A stretch of 62,815 nucleotides of DNA, counting the filler, from Rhabdomonas costata (lineage: Eukaryota), in the NCBI GenBank assembly GCA_019059605.1. It is 36 parts of 36 records of this genome, joined end to end, with 100 filler letters (N's around TTAATTAATTAA, not from the genome) between each part and the next. Parts side by side here need not be neighbours in the genome. Positions count along the whole stretch, not along the records: positions 61,179 to 62,815 come from JAHMHO010011341.1; 35 more parts are not named here. One strand, 5' to 3'. Shown piece by piece: positions 62,476 to 62,815 of this stretch. The translations under genes and the position numbers were made by a program. Position 1 is the first letter of the stretch, and every line of letters starts with the position of its first letter. Under the pieces are notes generated by a model. The model had not been told where the DNA came from and searched no databases. It was given only the letters and a program-made list of their open reading frames with translations.

Positions 62476-62815
62476 GTAGTCATCTGACTGTTTCTAGGGA
62501 GGAAGCTCCCTTGTATTTCTATGGCGCGCTTTTCATTCTCTATATCTGTCATGTGCCTGTATGCGCGCGGCAGGATCCGTGGCCTTCATGTTTGACTATT
62601 AGGGTTCCCACTCAGTTCGGATGGCTGCAGTTTGTTTGTGTGCCCGGCTCTATCTCTGAGGAAAGAATAAAGTTGCAATCGCTTGCTCTTGAACTTTCTT
62701 TGCATGGGGATTCTCGGTGGCTCAGTTCCTGGAGAAGTCCCGGGTTCTAGTCAGGTGGGGGGTAAGTATGTGGCACCCGTGCCAAGAGTCGCGGGTTCAA
62801 CTCCGACACACCCCC

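Noticed and set aside
42-62750. Most ORFs in the supplied six-frame track
   Set aside because: They are antisense shadows, intron read-throughs or run into N spacers; the real genes here are spliced.
1-62815. Uniform 1.65-kb units with GT/AC ends as gene-sized chromosomes or minicircles
   Set aside because: Genes are cut mid-exon or mid-intron, the ends share no fixed repeat, and uniform length reflects sorting by size.
62748-62815. tRNA gene (B-box-like GGTTCAACTCC at 62794-62804)
   Set aside because: No convincing cloverleaf and truncated by the window end; at best a tRNA-derived SINE fragment.

Overview
This window is not a contiguous locus. It is a pseudo-scaffold of 36 unrelated contigs of about 1.64-1.65 kb, joined by 35 artificial 100-nt spacers (44 N + TTAATTAATTAA + 44 N), so no gene-neighbourhood inference across spacers is valid. 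Most contigs start G/T-rich and end A/C-rich, which fits whole-genome amplification with G/T-only semi-random primers. The DNA is eukaryotic and intron-rich: short GC3-rich exons, mostly GT-AG introns with very degenerate donors, and at least one well-supported GC-AG intron. Gene style suggests a flagellated protist, plausibly a euglenid (inference only). Gene fragments I could splice by hand: ASCC3/Slh1-type Ski2-like helicase (5 exons), FkbM-family methyltransferase, SAXO/FAM154-like protein, Cache-TM receptor pieces, a class III nucleotide cyclase exon, and TPR, REJ-like, C2, RS-rich and PNISR-like proteins, plus several unknowns. Mobile-element relics include a Penelope/TERT-like reverse transcriptase with an unusual IGG...RYRD(Y) signature, a probable Mutator transposase and MITE-like hairpins. 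The most striking unexplained structure is contig 43707-45355. It has about 1 kb of extreme G/T strand skew next to a dense cluster of about nine hairpins that all fold on the minus strand with GNA triloops (one ATA variant), several with tandem sheared G-A pairs. That is a signature of selection on single-stranded DNA structure, making it a candidate organellar, episomal or viral replication/promoter region.
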